Counted from the first letter of the stretch, positions 51,413 through 60,708 are shown. The stretch: 64,000 nucleotides of DNA from an uncultured bacterium (GCA_965368975.1 CBDUPA010000016.1:32001-96000); one strand, 5' to 3'. Notes: a model not told the origin generated them from the letters alone. Translations and numbers: made by a program.

Positions 51413-53074
51413 CTACTCGTCCGGCAGCTCCAGTAGCTTGCGCAAGCGCCCGCGCGCCCACAGCTTCAAAGGCAGCTGGGCGGCCTCCGGCAGATCCAGA
51501 TCCTCGAAGCTCTGCTTGGCGACGAGCATCAGCTGCTCGCACAGCTGGAGGCGTATCTCTTCGTCGGTGTTGGCGATGGTGAACTCGTTCGGCGGAACAG
51601 GGGGCGGTCCCGGCTCCGCGGGCGCTCCGAAGGCGGCGAGAGCGCGCGGAAAGTGCTCGTCCAGGATCTTGGGAACGTCGCGCCGGGCCATGAACTCGCC
51701 GACGGCGAAGTCGTGCTGGCGCAGTTTCTTATCAAAGAAGCCGAGCAGGCCGAAGAACTCCTCGCCCGCCAGCTCGTCCGGGTCGGCGCCGACCAGGCCC
51801 AAGCGCAGGTCGGCTTTGTTCTGCAGGCCCGCGGCATTGTTCAGGACGAAGGTGCATAGATGGAAGATTCTTCGTTTATCTGCGCTCTCGCCTGCAATAT
51901 GTGCGGCTGTCTGGAGTTTCACTTGACGATCCTGCAGTTTCAGGCTGTTCTCTAGGTAGTCCTCGGGATAGCGTGTGAGGCCGAACAACTGGCGCTTGTG
52001 CTCGACGATGTCGCCCGCCAGCTGCCCCAGGCCCTCGAGCAGTTGCAGGTCGGTTTCCGCCGAGCTGCCGGCGATCAGGTGGGCGAGCTGCTCGCTCAGG
52101 CCGTCGCGCCAGTCGAGTTCCTGGTTACGCCGGCACACGCGCAGCCACTCGCGCGCCAGGCTCTGGTCGCGGATCACCGAGGCGATGCGCCGGAGCTGGT
52201 CGGGCAGGCTCGACTCGGAGTTCAGCTCCGGGTCGTGGCGCGACGAGTCGAGCTTGGGGTCGACGAGCAGGAACAGGCGTCGATCGTCCGGGCCTCCGTC
52301 GGCCTCGCGCGCCAGCCGGATCGCCTCGCCCAGGGGCTTGTTGTCGAACAGGCCACCGTCGATGAACGCCAGGCCCTGCTGCAGTAGCTCCAGGTTGTCC
52401 ACTTCGCGCGCGCCTGGATAGTCGTCGACGTTGCGGGCCAGCGTCTGCGGTTGGAAGGCGATCGGCAGGTTGGCGCATGCCATGGCGGCGTTGCCGACGC
52501 GGTGCCAGTCGGTGTCCTCGGGCGCGTCGCGCCGCACCAGGAAGTGGGCCACGTCCTTGAACACCGTGGTCACGAAGTTGCGCCCCTTGCCGCGGCCGAT
52601 CGGCAGGAAGGGCAGCTCGTAGGTCATGCCCTGCAGGTTGCTCAGCGTCATGCCCAGGCGCAGCAGCTCGGGCGTGCAGGAGAACGGTCCGCCGTTGCCG
52701 GGCAGCACTGCCTCCGGGCCGCGCAGCAGTCCTGCTTGCAAGATCTGCTCGATGATCTTCTTGGAGAAGGCCGCGTTCTTCGGCGGATCGGTGAGCAGGT
52801 GGCGGACGTCGATGTCGCGCACCCAGGAGCGATACAGCGGATTGCGCTCCGGCTGCTCGTTCGGGGCCGGTCCATCCTGCAGGTAGCGCGCGGTCAACGC
52901 TCCGACTACGCCGCCCGCCGAGGCGCCGGTGATGATGTCGATCTCGAAGTGGTGCGGACCTTCGGCATTGCGCTGTTCCAGCTGCCGCAGCAGCTCGGTG
53001 ACGACGCCGGATTCGAAGGCTCCCAGCGAGCCGCCGCCGGCCAGGATGAGCGCGATCTTGTGGGTATGGGGCAT
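51413..53074 (-). CDS. Patatin-like phospholipase (paralog of the neighbour)
   Basis: GGGSLG, GASAG, DGGLFDN; start set at ATG 53074 after AGGA. The longer 978-aa ORF extension overlaps menE and is not credible. Confidence 0.9.
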   Translation of the reverse strand: MPHTHKIALILAGGGSLGAFESGVVTELLRQLEQRNAEGPHHFEIDIITGASAGGVVGALTARYLQDGPAPNEQPERNPLYRSWVRDIDVRHLLTDPPKNAAFSKKIIEQILQAGLLRGPEAVLPGNGGPFSCTPELLRLGMTLSNLQGMTYELPFLPIGRGKGRNFVTTVFKDVAHFLVRRDAPEDTDWHRVGNAAMACANLPIAFQPQTLARNVDDYPGAREVDNLELLQQGLAFIDGGLFDNKPLGEAIRLAREADGGPDDRRLFLLVDPKLDSSRHDPELNSESSLPDQLRRIASVIRDQSLAREWLRVCRRNQELDWRDGLSEQLAHLIAGSSAETDLQLLEGLGQLAGDIVEHKRQLFGLTRYPEDYLENSLKLQDRQVKLQTAAHIAGESADKRRIFHLCTFVLNNAAGLQNKADLRLGLVGADPDELAGEEFFGLLGFFDKKLRQHDFAVGEFMARRDVPKILDEHFPRALAAFGAPAEPGPPPVPPNEFTIANTDEEIRLQLCEQLMLVAKQSFEDLDLPEAAQLPLKLWARGRLRKLLELPDE

Positions 53075-53160
53075 GGTCTGGTTCCTGTCGAAGACGGGGT
53101 TCCGGTCGGAGGTTCGAGTTGGAACGTCGGATCCGCTGGCCGGGTCCGGGCGTTCGGAAG

Positions 53161-54705
53161 TCACGGTCGGGCGTCTGACGCGGGCGAGGTACCCAGGTGC
53201 CGCAAGTATGCACGCGTCTGGACCGCCGCCTCGCGACGGTCGATCTTGCCCGTTGCGTTGACGGGCAGCGCCTGCACATAGGCAACGCGCCGAGGGCGCT
53301 TGAAGCGGGCCAGCTGAGTTTCTAGGAAGTTTAGCAGGTTCTCGTCTGTGGGTTCTTCCGGCGCCACCAGCGCCGCCGCCACCACCTCGCCCCACTCCGC
53401 GTCGTCGACCCCGAACACGCACGCCGCCGTGATCGCCGGATGCGCCAGCAGCGCCGCTTCGACCTCGGCCGGATGCACGTTCTCGCCGCCGCTGATGATC
53501 AGCTCCTTGGCGCGCCCCAGCAGGTGCAGCCGGCCGTGCGCGTCGAGACGTCCCAGGTCGCCCGTGCGCAGCCAGCCATCGTCGGTGAAGGCGGAGCGAT
53601 CGAGGCCCGCAGCCGTGGTAGCAGTCGCGGGCGTCCAATACCCGTCCATCAGCGTCCCTCCCGCCACCTGCACCTCGCCGTCGACGATGCGCACCCCGAC
53701 TCCGTCGAGCGGCGGTCCGACGCCCGCGTCCGTCGCGTTCTCGTCGAGCGAGCGATAGCGCTGCGTCGTCACCTGCGCGCAGGCTTCGGTCAAACCATAC
53801 GTCGCGAGCACCGGCACACCACGCTGCCGAGCCTCGTCGAGCAAGCCCGCCGGCGTCGCCGCTCCGCCCACCAGCACCGCGCGCAGCGACGGCGGAGGCG
53901 TCCAGTCGGGCAGCTTGAGCAGCCGTCGTAGCATCGTCGGCACCAGCGACATCAAGGTCACCCCTTGCTGCTTGACCACCGCCGCCACCGCGTCCGCGCG
54001 TCCCGCGTCCGTTCGCTGCATCACCACTGTCCGGCGCGCGACCAGGCAGCGCGTCAGCACCGACAATCCTCCCACGTGCCCGATCGGCAACCCGAGCCAC
54101 CAGCGATCGCCGTCGATCCAGCCCAGGTTCTCCGCGCTGGCGTTGGCGGCGGCGAGAAAGGCACGCCGGCTGAGCACCGCGATTTTCGGCTCGCTGGTGG
54201 TGCCGGAGGTGAAGAGGAGGGCGAGGGGGGAATGGAGATCGGGTCTGGTTCTGGGTAGGGGCAGGCCCATGCGGTCGGCGCCCCGATGCCTGCCCTCCGG
54301 GGTTTGGGCGGGAGAAGAAGCGGATGCGGCTTCGCCGCAGGGCACCCACATGGGGGTGCCCCTACCCAGATAAGACGTCTCGGCCAACATCGCCACCCGC
54401 CGCGCCCGTTCGGCCTCTGTCCACCTCGGATGCAGCAACGCCAGCGGATGCCCCAGCTCGATCAGCGCATAGATCCGCACCAGTACCCCCGGCCGTAGCT
54501 CACCGACCACCGGCACGACCGGCGGCAAGTCCTCGCCCCGCAGAGCCGCGATCTCACCGCGCACCGCCTCGGCGACGCGCGCGTACGTCCACACCTCGCC
54601 GTCCTTACTGGCGTCCCCGAAGAGCCACGCCGGACGCTCGGGCACCTCCTCGGCGGCGCGCAGGATCGACAGCGCCGCGTCGTCCTGCTTGGTCACGGAA
54701 TCCAT
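53161..54705 (-). CDS. menE: AMP-dependent acyl-CoA ligase, o-succinylbenzoate-CoA ligase-like
   Basis: FTSGTT, LPIGHVGGL, TYGLTE, RTGDLG, ISGGENVHP, TGKIDR; contains an in-frame REP insertion; no other men genes in the window. Confidence 0.6.
   Translation of the reverse strand: MDSVTKQDDAALSILRAAEEVPERPAWLFGDASKDGEVWTYARVAEAVRGEIAALRGEDLPPVVPVVGELRPGVLVRIYALIELGHPLALLHPRWTEAERARRVAMLAETSYLGRGTPMWVPCGEAASASSPAQTPEGRHRGADRMGLPLPRTRPDLHSPLALLFTSGTTSEPKIAVLSRRAFLAAANASAENLGWIDGDRWWLGLPIGHVGGLSVLTRCLVARRTVVMQRTDAGRADAVAAVVKQQGVTLMSLVPTMLRRLLKLPDWTPPPSLRAVLVGGAATPAGLLDEARQRGVPVLATYGLTEACAQVTTQRYRSLDENATDAGVGPPLDGVGVRIVDGEVQVAGGTLMDGYWTPATATTAAGLDRSAFTDDGWLRTGDLGRLDAHGRLHLLGRAKELIISGGENVHPAEVEAALLAHPAITAACVFGVDDAEWGEVVAAALVAPEEPTDENLLNFLETQLARFKRPRRVAYVQALPVNATGKIDRREAAVQTRAYLRHLGTSPASDARP
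54250..54370. repeat. REP doublet, in-frame inside the MenE-like gene
   Basis: 14-bp perfect terminal inverted repeat TCTGGGTAGGGGCA...TGCCCCTACCCAGA; contains TGCGGCTTCGCCGCA hairpin. Confidence 0.85.
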
Positions 54706-54750
54706 GGCCGCATTGTACGGCGTGCGTCTACGTCATCGGCGACGCTTCTT

Positions 54751-55695
54751 CTACGCCTTCGGCAGGGCTTCCGACAGCGTCTTGCCACCCTTGATGCCGA
54801 AATCGAGCGTGCGGATCGGGAACGGAATGACGATGCCGTTGGCGTCGTACGCCTTCTTGATCGCCAGGATCGCGTCGCTCGCCGCGTGCGCCCGGTCGCC
54901 TTCGCGCTGGTAGGAGATCCAGAAGCGCACCTGCAGGTTGATCGAGCTGTCCCCGAACTCCGTGAACACCACCTCCGTCTCGGTGTCCTGCAGCCGCCGC
55001 TCCAGGCCATCGACTGCGTCCCGGGTCACCCGCGCCACCGTCTCGAGATCCTCCGCGTACGACACCCCTATTGCCAGGTCGACCCGCCGCCGCTTGGTGG
55101 CGGAGAGGTTGACGAGGGTCTGCTCGTACACTTCCTTGTTCGGAATCAGCACCAGCTGGCCTTGCTGCGTCAGCACGTGCGTGGTGCGCAGATTGATCTC
55201 CTGCACCGTCCCGAACTGCCCTGCCGCCTCGATGATGTCGCCCGGCACGAACGGCTTGCGTAGCGAGATCAGGGTGCCGGAGAGGAAGTTGGCGATGATG
55301 TTCTGGAAGGCAAAGCCGATCGCCAGCCCCAGCACGCCGGCACCGGCCAGCAGCGAGGTCACCGCCTTGTCCAGCTGCAACACCCCGAGCGCCACGAACA
55401 GCCCCGTCGTCAGCACCGCGAAACGCGCTACGCGCTCGGTCAGCTTGACCAGTGTCCGGTTGTCCGCGAAGCGCCGGAACACCCGGCGGATCGACGCACC
55501 GACGAAGCGGGAAGCGATCCAGAACAGGAGCATCACCAGCACTGCCACCACCAGGTTGGGCAGCATGCTGATCAGCTTCTCCAGCCAGTCGTGGAGCTTG
55601 CTGAGAACCAGGTCGACGGGCTGCTCCAGCGAGTCTGTTGCTCGATCAGCAACAGCGGCGGCATCTTCGAGCACGTCTTGGGCCTGCATGACCAT
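54751..55695 (-). CDS. mscS: Small-conductance mechanosensitive channel
   Basis: LLAGAGVLGLAIGFAFQNIIANF, PFVPGDII, GTVQEINLRTT, IPNK, FGDSSIN, IPFP; start uncertain. Confidence 0.9.
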   Translation of the reverse strand: MVMQAQDVLEDAAAVADRATDSLEQPVDLVLSKLHDWLEKLISMLPNLVVAVLVMLLFWIASRFVGASIRRVFRRFADNRTLVKLTERVARFAVLTTGLFVALGVLQLDKAVTSLLAGAGVLGLAIGFAFQNIIANFLSGTLISLRKPFVPGDIIEAAGQFGTVQEINLRTTHVLTQQGQLVLIPNKEVYEQTLVNLSATKRRRVDLAIGVSYAEDLETVARVTRDAVDGLERRLQDTETEVVFTEFGDSSINLQVRFWISYQREGDRAHAASDAILAIKKAYDANGIVIPFPIRTLDFGIKGGKTLSEALPKA

Positions 55696-55758
55696 GGAGT
55701 CTAACATGCGGTCAGTGCAGGGCTTGAGGGGCCTCAAGCAGCAGAGCGGCGGCGGGGA

Positions 55759-56199
55759 TCACGCCACCGTGGGCAGAGAAGGCACACTCGATCCCAGCCG
55801 CCGCGAAAGATGCCCCGCGATCTGCTGTGCCCGCTGCACAAAGATCTCCGCCGCCGTCCCGGAGGTCTCCTCGTGCACCGTCGCGCTGAACAGCTCCAGC
55901 CAGCGGCCCCAGAGTTCTGGTGGTAGGTGCCCGAGTGCTCGGTGCTTGGGCAGAGGCTGGCCTTGATAGCGTTTCGAGGACAGCAAGATGGTGGACCAGA
56001 AGTCCACCATGGTTTCCAGGTGTTGGGACCAGTGGTCGGCCAGGTGCGGTTCGAACACGGGGCCGAGAAGGTCGTCGCCGCGCACCTTGGCGTAGAAGCT
56101 GTGCACCACGGCGCCGATGGCGGCTTCGCTGGGGAGTTGCTCTGCGTTGGCGCTAGGGGCCGGAGATTCCGGTTGGGGATGCGTCGAGTGTGCTTGCAT
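55759..56199 (-). CDS. Group III truncated hemoglobin
   Basis: VHSFYAKVRGDDLLGPVF, WSQHLETMVDFWS, YQGQPLPKH, RWLELF. Confidence 0.9.
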   Translation of the reverse strand: MQAHSTHPQPESPAPSANAEQLPSEAAIGAVVHSFYAKVRGDDLLGPVFEPHLADHWSQHLETMVDFWSTILLSSKRYQGQPLPKHRALGHLPPELWGRWLELFSATVHEETSGTAAEIFVQRAQQIAGHLSRRLGSSVPSLPTVA

Positions 56200-56250
56200 C
56201 GCGGCAGACCTCTGGATTCGAGTTGGGAGCTAGAGGCTGGGGGTTGAGGT

Positions 56251-56297
56251 CGGGGTGGGGGCAGCTCCATGCGGCCGGCGTCCCGGTGGCTGCTCTC
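56251..56297. repeat. Degenerate intergenic copy of the REP family
   Basis: GTGGGGGCAGCTCCATGCGGCCGGCGTCCCGGTGGCTGCTCT shares TGCGGCCGGCGTCCCGGTGG with the copy at ~30669-30688. Confidence 0.6.
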
Positions 56298-56303
56298 CGC
56301 TCT

Positions 56304-56546
56304 CTAAGCTGCGACCCGGGCGCGCTGGTATAGGAATTCCGGGGCGAAATCGGCGCCGTTGGGCCAAGTCACGGTGTGCAGTTCGGGATGGACTTGGAAC
56401 TGGCGAAAGACCGTCGGATCCTTCAGCGGCTCGAACATCGGGCCGTACAGTTCGTCGGTCAGGTCGACCTGGCCTTCGCTGCCGTCGTTGAAGCGGAGGA
56501 GAAGGGTGTAGGCGTCGAGGTGGTGGGCTTCGGTGACACGGATCAT
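56304..56546 (-). CDS. DUF2442-family protein (putative antitoxin)
   Basis: 80 aa; LLLRFNDG..VDL..L.GPMFEPLKD...F....TVTWPNGADFAPEFLY. Confidence 0.85.
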   Translation of the reverse strand: MIRVTEAHHLDAYTLLLRFNDGSEGQVDLTDELYGPMFEPLKDPTVFRQFQVHPELHTVTWPNGADFAPEFLYQRARVAA

Positions 56547-56550
56547 GGCT

Positions 56551-56808
56551 TTACTCCAAAGGTTCGACCGGGAGAAGTGGCTCCCTAGCTCTGGCACGTT
56601 GCCAGTTGGATTCCAACTCGGCTTGGTGAAGCTTGTACCATTCCAGAACAAGTTTCAACGCACGGCGCGGAAACTTACCGTTGACGTTGCCACTTCCAAT
56701 GTCGACTGTGATTTCATACTCCCCATACTTCGCATGGAAATGGGGCGGAGAATGATCGCGGTAGTACATGGCAATGAGAATGCCGAGGAAACGGCTTATT
56801 TCGGGCAT
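56551..56808 (-). CDS. DUF4160-family protein (putative toxin partner)
   Basis: 85 aa; MPEISRFLGILIAMYYRDHSPPHFHAKYGE...LVLEW...HQAELESNW. Confidence 0.88.
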   Translation of the reverse strand: MPEISRFLGILIAMYYRDHSPPHFHAKYGEYEITVDIGSGNVNGKFPRRALKLVLEWYKLHQAELESNWQRARAREPLLPVEPLE

Positions 56809-56890
56809 CCTTGAACTCCTTGATGGGCTGAGGTCCTTGCCTGCGAATGAGTATCTCACGGTCGAGATTTGATTTTAGTGAGGCTGCAAA

Positions 56891-59800
56891 ATGCTTGATC
56901 CAATAACTCTGACGATTGTAACCGGAGCTGCGGGCAATCTCGCAGCGGCGGCTGTTGCTTACTCTGCGGGCAAGATCAAGGAGCGTTTTGACCGAGACGC
57001 TGCACTCGAGCGGGCTTTGAATTCTTGCTGCCAGGCTGGTTTGACTGCCTTGATTCTCAGTGCCAAGCAGCAGGTGCCACAGTTCGACGATGTTGTCGAG
57101 CTTGGGTTTCGGGAGGCTCTCGAAGGCGAGAAGCTCATAGATGGCTTCGGGTCTCGCTTGCGCCGGGTCCTGCGCGGCAAGTCTCTGGAAGTCGATGACA
57201 TGGCCGATCTCTTCCAAGATCATGGGTTCGACCTTTCGAAGGTCCCAGGTCTGGATCTGGAGGTCAGCTTCCGCGAGTTCGAGGCGGTGTTTCTCGAGAG
57301 AGCTGTACAGGAAGACATCCTTCGCAAGGAAGCAGAGGCGTACCAGAGTCGCAAACGAACGCAGCTTCTGGAGCGGGTCGTTGAGTTGCTGGAGGCGGGG
57401 CAGAAGACGATAGTTGAGTCTTCGCAGCCACGTCAGAACACAGATGCAAAGCAGGCCCACGACCGCTATCTCGAACGCCTGATTCGCGACTGCCAGGGGC
57501 TGGCCTTAGCGGAGCTGGGTGGACAAGGTGATGCGACATCGAAGGTCAAGTTGGACGATGTGTATGTGGATCTGCTGACGAAGAGCCGCATCGAGCTGAC
57601 GCCGGAGGAGAAGAAGGAACGTCGCTCTCGCCACAAGAAGGACCGCCCTCTCACGGCCTTGGAAGCAACGGCCCAGACTCCGCACCTCGTCTTGCTCGGT
57701 GATCCCGGCAGTGGCAAGAGTTCGTTCGTTCGCCATCTGACGGCGCGACTGGCGCGAGCACGCCTGGACGGAGCGGAAGCGTACGAGGGCACCCGCGACC
57801 TGCTGCCGATCTTCGTCATTCTGCGGCGCCTGGTGCCTCACCTGCGGAACCTGAAGCTGAAGGGCTTGACGAAGGATCGGCGCCAGCCGCTCTTGCTCGA
57901 TGCGCTGAAGGAAACTGTCCTGGAGTTCGTGGGCGAATGTGATGCTAAAGCATTCGGGGAGGCGGCACGGGATGCCCTGGTGGACGGCAAGTGCTTCTTG
58001 GTGCTGGACGGCCTGGACGAGGTGCCGACGGACCTTCGCCCGGCAGTCGCGGAGACGGTGGCGGCAGCGGTGGAGAAGTATGCCTTGCCGCGGGTGATCG
58101 TCACCTGCCGCGTGCGGTCCTACCAGAGCGGTGCCGTACTGACCGGCTTCCAGGACCACGAACTCGCGCCCTTCACGAAGGAGCAGGTACAGCGTTTCGT
58201 GGCGGGTTGGTACGGGGCGCAGCAGCGGCACGGGCACGTGACCTCTGCTGAGGCCAAGGAGCGCACGGAAGATCTCCAGCAGGCGGCCGGTGGGCTGCAC
58301 GAACTGGCGCAGAATCCGATGCTGCTGACCACGATGGCACTGATTCATCAGCAGAACATCGGCCTGCCGCGCCAGAAGGTGTTGCTGTACGACGAGGCGG
58401 TGAAGGTGCTGCTGGTGCGCTGGCAGAAGCGCATTGGATTTGCCGGGGCCGTCTCGGGAGAACTGGCCGAGGTGCTGCAAGATGCGACGCGGATCCGGCC
58501 GGTATTGGAACGGTTGGCGTTTGAGGTGCACTTGGCCGAGGAGGCGGATGCTGCAGCGGAAGAGCAGGGCGAAATGTCGGGGCTGGACTGGGGGCGGATC
58601 GTCCAGATCTTGAAGGAAGACAAGTACCTCGGCTCGACCTCACTGGCAGAGGCGTTCCTCGACTACGTGGACCAGCGCGCCGGGATCTTGGTGGGACGAG
58701 GGGGTGGTCCGGGCGAGCCGCTACGCTACAGCTTCCCGCATCGGACCTTCCAGGAGTACCTGGCCGGCTGCTACTTGGTCGCCGAAACGGACGATGCCGT
58801 GGGCGCGGTATACGAGCGGGCAGCAGCCGGGGACTTCTGGTACCTGGCGGTGCAGCTGGGAGCGGAAGAGTTAGTCTACAGTCGGCGCTTTCCGTCCTTG
58901 GTCCAGCGGCTGGCGCTGGGCCTGTACCCGTCGGGTGGCAAGCGAGATGAGTCGGCGCGGCGGGCGAGCCTGTGGGCTACTTGGATGGCGACGCTGCTGG
59001 AGGCGCAGCCGGGCGGGGTGGCGAGCAGCGGACCGGAGAGCTGGAAGAGCTTTCTAGGCCGGTGTCGGAAGCGGCTATGTGCGCTGCTGGGCAAGGGGCT
59101 GCCTGTGCGGGAGCGAGTGGAGGTGGGACGGTTGTTGGCCAAGCTCGGAGACCCGCGGCCGGAGGTGATGACGGTGGAGGGGATGGAGTTCTGCCGCGTG
59201 CCGGCGGGGCCGTTCTGGATGGGCAGTGATGACTCGGACGAGCTTGCCTTCGGTGATGAGAAGCCGATCACACGGCAAGAGGTGAACTACGACTACTGGA
59301 TGGCGCGCTACCCAGTGACGCAAGCTCAGTTCCGGCTGTTCGTGGAGGCCGGCGGTTACCGGGACTACCGCTACTGGTCGGAAGCCCAGGCCGCCGAGCG
59401 CTGGATGGCGGAGACTGGGTTCGATCGGCGACAGGGGCCGGTCTCGTACGGAGAGCGCTTCGACTTGTCGAATCACCCGGTTGTCGGGGTGAGTTGGTTC
59501 GAGGCGTTGGCGTTCACGCGTTGGCTGACGGCGGAGTACCGCGAACGAGGCTGGCTGCCGGATGGTTGGTGCATCTCTCTGCCCTCGGAGTTGGAGTGGG
59601 AGAAAGCGGCCCGTGGCGGGGAGCAGGTGCTCGTATCTGCGCTTGGTGAGGGTATTGAAATGGTGCAAGGGTGGATCTGTAAAGCACTTCAGGCCGAGCA
59701 GCAAGAGAACCCGGAACCTCGCCGGTTCGTTCCGTGGACGGGTGGTTTCGAAGCGGATCGGCTGAACTGGAGTGGGCAGCGGCTAGGCGCAACGTCGGCA

Positions 59801-60109
59801 CCGGGGCTGTTCCCGAAAGGCAGCAGCCCGGTGGGCTGCGAGGAGATGTGCGGCAACGTCTGGGAGTGGACGCGCAGCATCTGGGGCGAGGTCCCTTATC
59901 CTACAGCCGCTGCGGATCGACGAGATAGAGAGGATTTTTCGAATTCAAGCGAGTTCCGCGTCTGGCGTGGCGGTTCGTTCGCCGACTATCGGCAAGGCGT
60001 GCGCTGCGCCTACCGCTACAGGGGTCCTCCGGACTTCCAGTTCTTCGACGTGGGTTTTCGTGTTGCGCTCCTCCCGTTATCTCTGAACTCTGAAGACTCT
60101 GAACTCTGA
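56891..60109 (+). CDS. NACHT/STAND NTPase with C-terminal FGE-sulfatase (CLec-fold) domain; DGR target protein
   Basis: Walker A GDPGSGKSS, Walker B LVLDGLDE, NPMLLT, FPHRTFQEYLA; FGE motifs FWMGS, YPVTQAQF, HPVVGVSW, LPSELEWEKAARG, GNVWEWT, RGGSF..GFRV; VR at the 3' end. Confidence 0.95.
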   Translation: MLDPITLTIVTGAAGNLAAAAVAYSAGKIKERFDRDAALERALNSCCQAGLTALILSAKQQVPQFDDVVELGFREALEGEKLIDGFGSRLRRVLRGKSLEVDDMADLFQDHGFDLSKVPGLDLEVSFREFEAVFLERAVQEDILRKEAEAYQSRKRTQLLERVVELLEAGQKTIVESSQPRQNTDAKQAHDRYLERLIRDCQGLALAELGGQGDATSKVKLDDVYVDLLTKSRIELTPEEKKERRSRHKKDRPLTALEATAQTPHLVLLGDPGSGKSSFVRHLTARLARARLDGAEAYEGTRDLLPIFVILRRLVPHLRNLKLKGLTKDRRQPLLLDALKETVLEFVGECDAKAFGEAARDALVDGKCFLVLDGLDEVPTDLRPAVAETVAAAVEKYALPRVIVTCRVRSYQSGAVLTGFQDHELAPFTKEQVQRFVAGWYGAQQRHGHVTSAEAKERTEDLQQAAGGLHELAQNPMLLTTMALIHQQNIGLPRQKVLLYDEAVKVLLVRWQKRIGFAGAVSGELAEVLQDATRIRPVLERLAFEVHLAEEADAAAEEQGEMSGLDWGRIVQILKEDKYLGSTSLAEAFLDYVDQRAGILVGRGGGPGEPLRYSFPHRTFQEYLAGCYLVAETDDAVGAVYERAAAGDFWYLAVQLGAEELVYSRRFPSLVQRLALGLYPSGGKRDESARRASLWATWMATLLEAQPGGVASSGPESWKSFLGRCRKRLCALLGKGLPVRERVEVGRLLAKLGDPRPEVMTVEGMEFCRVPAGPFWMGSDDSDELAFGDEKPITRQEVNYDYWMARYPVTQAQFRLFVEAGGYRDYRYWSEAQAAERWMAETGFDRRQGPVSYGERFDLSNHPVVGVSWFEALAFTRWLTAEYRERGWLPDGWCISLPSELEWEKAARGGEQVLVSALGEGIEMVQGWICKALQAEQQENPEPRRFVPWTGGFEADRLNWSGQRLGATSAPGLFPKGSSPVGCEEMCGNVWEWTRSIWGEVPYPTAAADRRDREDFSNSSEFRVWRGGSFADYRQGVRCAYRYRGPPDFQFFDVGFRVALLPLSLNSEDSEL
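59951..60073 (+). repeat. DGR variable repeat (VR)
   Basis: Aligns ungapped to TR at offset +635; in the 115-bp core, 20 of 22 mismatches fall at TR adenines. Confidence 0.95.
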
Positions 60110-60134
60110 ATCTCTGATCTGGCAAAGGGGGAGC

Positions 60135-60156
60135 CCGAGGGGGCTTGCCCCCTCGG
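60135..60156. other. GC-rich hairpin downstream of VR (DGR homing hairpin/cruciform candidate)
   Basis: CCGAGGGGG-CTTG-CCCCCTCGG, perfect 9-bp stem with 4-nt loop, 25 nt after the target stop codon. Confidence 0.75.
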
Positions 60157-60181
60157 AGGATTGTGGTATCTTCTGCGCGCA

Positions 60182-60535
60182 ATGAGTCGACCGGAGATGC
60201 CAATCTTCGTCCGTAGCTTCGATTTCTTGACTTGGTTATTGCCTCTTACCAATCACTTTCCACGTGCCCACCGGCACACAGTTACGCAGCGTCTCCTGAA
60301 TGCTGCCTTCGATCTACGAGAGTGCCTGGAAGCAGCGAACACGCGGCTGGGTCCTGAGCGGTTAGAGTTTCTGGTAGAGGCTGATGTCGCGTTGGGGCGA
60401 GTCAGGACCTACTTGAGGCTGGTGGAGAAATGGCAGTGGATATCGCCGGGTCAGTATGAGCACGCGGCGCGAATGGTCGCGGAGATCGGCAGGCTCCTCG
60501 GAGGTTGGAAGAAGACAGTCTTGCCTCGAACTTAG
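60182..60535 (+). CDS. avd: DGR accessory variability determinant (Avd, four-helix bundle)
   Basis: 117 aa from ATG 60182; PIF..FDFL.WL....FPRAHR....RL, LRL......I...QYEH....[10 protein letters not shown]; lies between VR and TR. Confidence 0.92.
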   Translation: MSRPEMPIFVRSFDFLTWLLPLTNHFPRAHRHTVTQRLLNAAFDLRECLEAANTRLGPERLEFLVEADVALGRVRTYLRLVEKWQWISPGQYEHAARMVAEIGRLLGGWKKTVLPRT

Positions 60536-60585
60536 GCGACAGTTCCCGGCGTCTGACGCCGGTTTCTGTGGGGATTCGCCCGAAG

Positions 60586-60708
60586 GAGTTCCGCGTCTGG
60601 CGTGGCGGTTCGTTCGCCAACAATCACAACAACGTGCGCTGCGCCTACCGCAACAGGAATCAACCGAACAACCAGAACAACAACATGGGTTTTCGTGTTG
60701 TTCTCCTC
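60586..60708 (+). ncRNA. DGR template repeat (TR)
   Basis: A-rich copy of VR with 11 AAC/AAT codons, intergenic between avd and RT; flanked by hairpins (60546-60562 and ~60721-60739). Confidence 0.95.

Noticed and set aside
53075-54349. N-terminal 425 aa of the 978-aa patatin ORF
   Set aside because: Alternative frame over the MenE-like gene, Arg/Gly-rich with no motifs; the patatin begins at ATG 53074 with an SD
60081-60117. Short repeats as a possible CRISPR array
   Set aside because: 7-bp units without spacers and no cas genes; no CRISPR array seen anywhere in the window
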